A DNA stretch of 57,276 nucleotides, taken from the NCBI GenBank assembly GCA_020832985.1, contig JAJHRE010000003.1, forward strand, positions 1 to 57,276. Direction: 5' to 3'. The notes beneath the pieces were generated by a model. It made no database searches. It saw only the letters and a program-made list of their open reading frames with translations, and was not told the origin of the DNA. The stretch is from Desulfurococcaceae archaeon. Its GTDB lineage: Archaea; Thermoproteota; Thermoprotei_A; Sulfolobales; NBVN01. Below are positions 55,247 through 57,276 of the stretch, one piece after another (the stretch's first letter is position 1; every line of letters begins with the position of its first letter). The position numbers and the translations under genes are program-made.

Positions 55247-56491
55247 TTACTTAAGTATCGACTTCGCCTTACTTAGTAGTTCCTCCATGAGTTTAGACAT
55301 TAGGAATTTCTTAGCTTTTTCACGAGCGTTAGTAGACATTAAATCCCTCTTACTTGGGTTCTTAACTAATTCTTCAATAGCTCTAGCTGCTCCTTCAACA
55401 TCGTCAGGACCTCTCACGATTACTCCATCAACGTTATTAGTTATTAACCATTTCTGGCCGTAGGTACCGCTACTTATTACTGGTACTCCACCATACATGA
55501 ACTCGATCTGTGTTAGTCCTAATGCCTCCATCTTAGACATTATGATGTTTAGGTATGATGCCTTAATTAAGGATGCTTTATACTCCTCACTTAACTCACC
55601 AGTAATTACGACGTTCTTTAAGTCTTTAGCCTCCCTAACTACATCATCCCACTGATCTCCGGGTTTACCAGCTATTACGAAGACTACATCCTTTAAGTTC
55701 TTCAACCTCTTAGCAATTCTAACAACTGCTAACGGGTTCTTCCTCTCCTCTACAGTTCCTAAGTAGGAAATTACTAACTTATCCCTACTAATCCTATACC
55801 TCTCTAAGAATTCATCAGGTTTAGCATTATCTATAAGTGTTGCTAGGTCATCATCTAAACCACCTGGGAACAAGTGTATTTGGTCTGGTCTCGCACCATG
55901 AGTTATCATATCCTCAGCTTCAACATTAGTAACGCATATTACTAAATCAGCTACTCTGAAGATCATTGGGAATGTTGTTGAGTTCCAAGCCATCCTGTAG
56001 GCCCTCTCTATAGGTTCGTATCTTGTAGGGTCTGGTGGTTGGTAATGTGACATATGTCCGTAGACTGTAGTGTTTACCGACTCACCTAAACTCCTCATGA
56101 GCTTCTTCCACATAATCCACCTAGAAACCTCTTCAGGACCGTTCCAGAGTGTTGAGTGTGTTACTATGAAGTCTATACCTACTTTATCATCTATATTCTT
56201 AAGTATTGTTATGAAGTCTCTGAAAGTTATCCTCCTAGGAGGCCAGAAAGTCTTACTACTATCAACTCTAATTACTGGGAGTCCTACCTTAGGGTCATCC
56301 TCAAACATTATATAGCCGTCAATACTCTTCAATACCTCAGTTAGAGGTACTACAGGTTCACCGTCATGGTATATACTAGTTATTAACCATGCATCATAAC
56401 CTAACCTCCTAGCCCACTTAACCATCCTCTGAGCAACTAATTCCTGCCCCTTACTATTAGATGTCTGATACATTACTGAGAAGAACTTCAT
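55247..56491 (-). CDS. Glycosyltransferase, GT4 (GT-B fold) family
   Basis: C-terminal EALGLTQIEFMYGGVPVISS matches the GT4 E-x7-E region. 414 aa. Confidence 0.7.
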   Translation of the reverse strand: MKFFSVMYQTSNSKGQELVAQRMVKWARRLGYDAWLITSIYHDGEPVVPLTEVLKSIDGYIMFEDDPKVGLPVIRVDSSKTFWPPRRITFRDFITILKNIDDKVGIDFIVTHSTLWNGPEEVSRWIMWKKLMRSLGESVNTTVYGHMSHYQPPDPTRYEPIERAYRMAWNSTTFPMIFRVADLVICVTNVEAEDMITHGARPDQIHLFPGGLDDDLATLIDNAKPDEFLERYRISRDKLVISYLGTVEERKNPLAVVRIAKRLKNLKDVVFVIAGKPGDQWDDVVREAKDLKNVVITGELSEEYKASLIKASYLNIIMSKMEALGLTQIEFMYGGVPVISSGTYGQKWLITNNVDGVIVRGPDDVEGAARAIEELVKNPSKRDLMSTNAREKAKKFLMSKLMEELLSKAKSILK

Positions 56492-57108
56492 TTCCTAGCT
56501 ACCTGCTGTATTACCTGTGATATTATTATGATGATCATAGCTATTGTTAAACCCCAGATAATAGGTACTAACAACATGTTTAGTGAGTAGACGTTTAAGC
56601 CTCCCTGCTCTAAAGCAAATACAATTACTGCTAAGTAAATCATTATCCTTAAGTACTCAGCAACAGGTGTTAATAACCTGACCTCACTCCTTAACTCAGA
56701 ACTCTTGTATATGTAACCTATGAATGCGTCTGTAAGTATGAAGCCTGTTATTATTATTAGGAATGCCTTGATGAAACCTACTACATATACTGAAACTATA
56801 GTGTATAACGTATCAGATAGTGATGTTAGGTTTAGACTTGATGTGAGTATAGCTAATGCTAGTAAGAATGAGGTTAAGTATATTACCCATGACGTAATCA
56901 ACCCGAAGAACTCACTAGCTGAGTAACCACTCCTTAATATAGCCTTACCAACAGCAAACTTCTTAAACCACTCATCAAACCCTACCTTAGTGAGTATGTA
57001 GAGTATTAAACGTCTAGCTAGTATACCTAATACATAACCTACTAAGACTATAGCTACTGTTAAGCCTATAGCGATTACTAAGTTAAAGTAGTCTACCTGT
57101 AAGAACAT
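56488..57108 (-). CDS. Integral membrane protein of unknown function
   Basis: 206 aa with ~5 TM helices. A 4-nt overlap links it to the downstream glycosyltransferase gene. Confidence 0.5.
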   Translation of the reverse strand: MFLQVDYFNLVIAIGLTVAIVLVGYVLGILARRLILYILTKVGFDEWFKKFAVGKAILRSGYSASEFFGLITSWVIYLTSFLLALAILTSSLNLTSLSDTLYTIVSVYVVGFIKAFLIIITGFILTDAFIGYIYKSSELRSEVRLLTPVAEYLRIMIYLAVIVFALEQGGLNVYSLNMLLVPIIWGLTIAMIIIIISQVIQQVARK

Positions 57109-57276
57109 GATTAACCAACCACCTACTCAACTCTTCAAACCTAACTTCAAAGTTAACACCTACTTTAAGTTCTTGGTTAAATTCATGACGTACTAATACG
57201 GATATATCAGCTAGTTTGAAGGCAGGTATGTCGTTCTCACCATCACCTACGTATATGAGTTTACCTAGGTTAAGCA
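57083..57276 (-). CDS. HAD-superfamily phosphatase; only the C-terminal fragment is in the window (N-terminus lies outside)
   Basis: My own translation gives ...LNLGKLIYVGDGENDIPAFKLADISVLVRHEF...RWLVNHVLTGRLL*. GDGxND is HAD motif III. The stop TAA is at 57083-57085. Confidence 0.5.
   Translation of the reverse strand, partial: LNLGKLIYVGDGENDIPAFKLADISVLVRHEFNQELKVGVNFEVRFEELSRWLVNHVLTGRLL

Noticed and set aside
1-57276. CRISPR arrays, rRNA genes, transposases and other IS elements.
   Set aside because: Reading the intergenic regions showed no regularly spaced short direct repeats and no rRNA-like GC-rich blocks longer than ~300 nt. No ORF has DDE, serine or tyrosine recombinase or TnpB-like features.

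Overview
The window appears to be an AT-rich chromosomal segment from a hyperthermophilic crenarchaeote, probably Thermoproteales-like. This is inferred from Alba, ribosomal protein eL38, TTTAAATA-type TATA boxes, GC-rich islands at RNA loci, and a tRNA with an intron at a non-canonical position. Most of it is densely packed housekeeping and metabolic genes. These include an L-aspartate-oxidase-like flavoprotein, two Nuo/Mrp antiporter-like subunits, threonine synthase, and a six-gene 2-oxoacid/acetoin dehydrogenase operon (E1a, E1b, AcoX-like kinase, E2, E3, LplA). There is also a sugar-acid cluster, TrkH, RibB, MscS, an IPMDH-family dehydrogenase, GGT, SfsA, a sugar nucleotidyltransferase and a GT4 glycosyltransferase.

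The most unusual content is non-coding. Three related modules each combine their own TATA promoter with a GC-rich structured RNA, and all carry the same CUGA-GUA-GUGAUG(A) K-loop-like motif.
- Copy A (21546-21776) sits as an exact 228-nt insertion inside a Zn-alcohol dehydrogenase gene.
- Copy B (48543-48799) is about 96% identical in the core, inverted, and intergenic next to a HEPN-MNT pair.
- Copy C (29296-29597) is a divergent, larger relative with the shared blocks in a different order. It lies beside a retropepsin-like gene that is flanked by ~250-bp direct repeats carrying the same promoter module.

Other notable items are a 908-aa tandem-AAA+ plus Lon-protease-domain fusion that appears translationally coupled to a membrane protein, a frameshift-split subtilase, and a tRNA-Gln(UUG) with a 26-nt intron at position 32/33. 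There is also a perfect 20-bp-stem hairpin with an X-X'-X interior, and a membrane-anchored wHTH regulator paired with a secreted coiled-coil protein. No CRISPR array, rRNA or transposase gene was seen.
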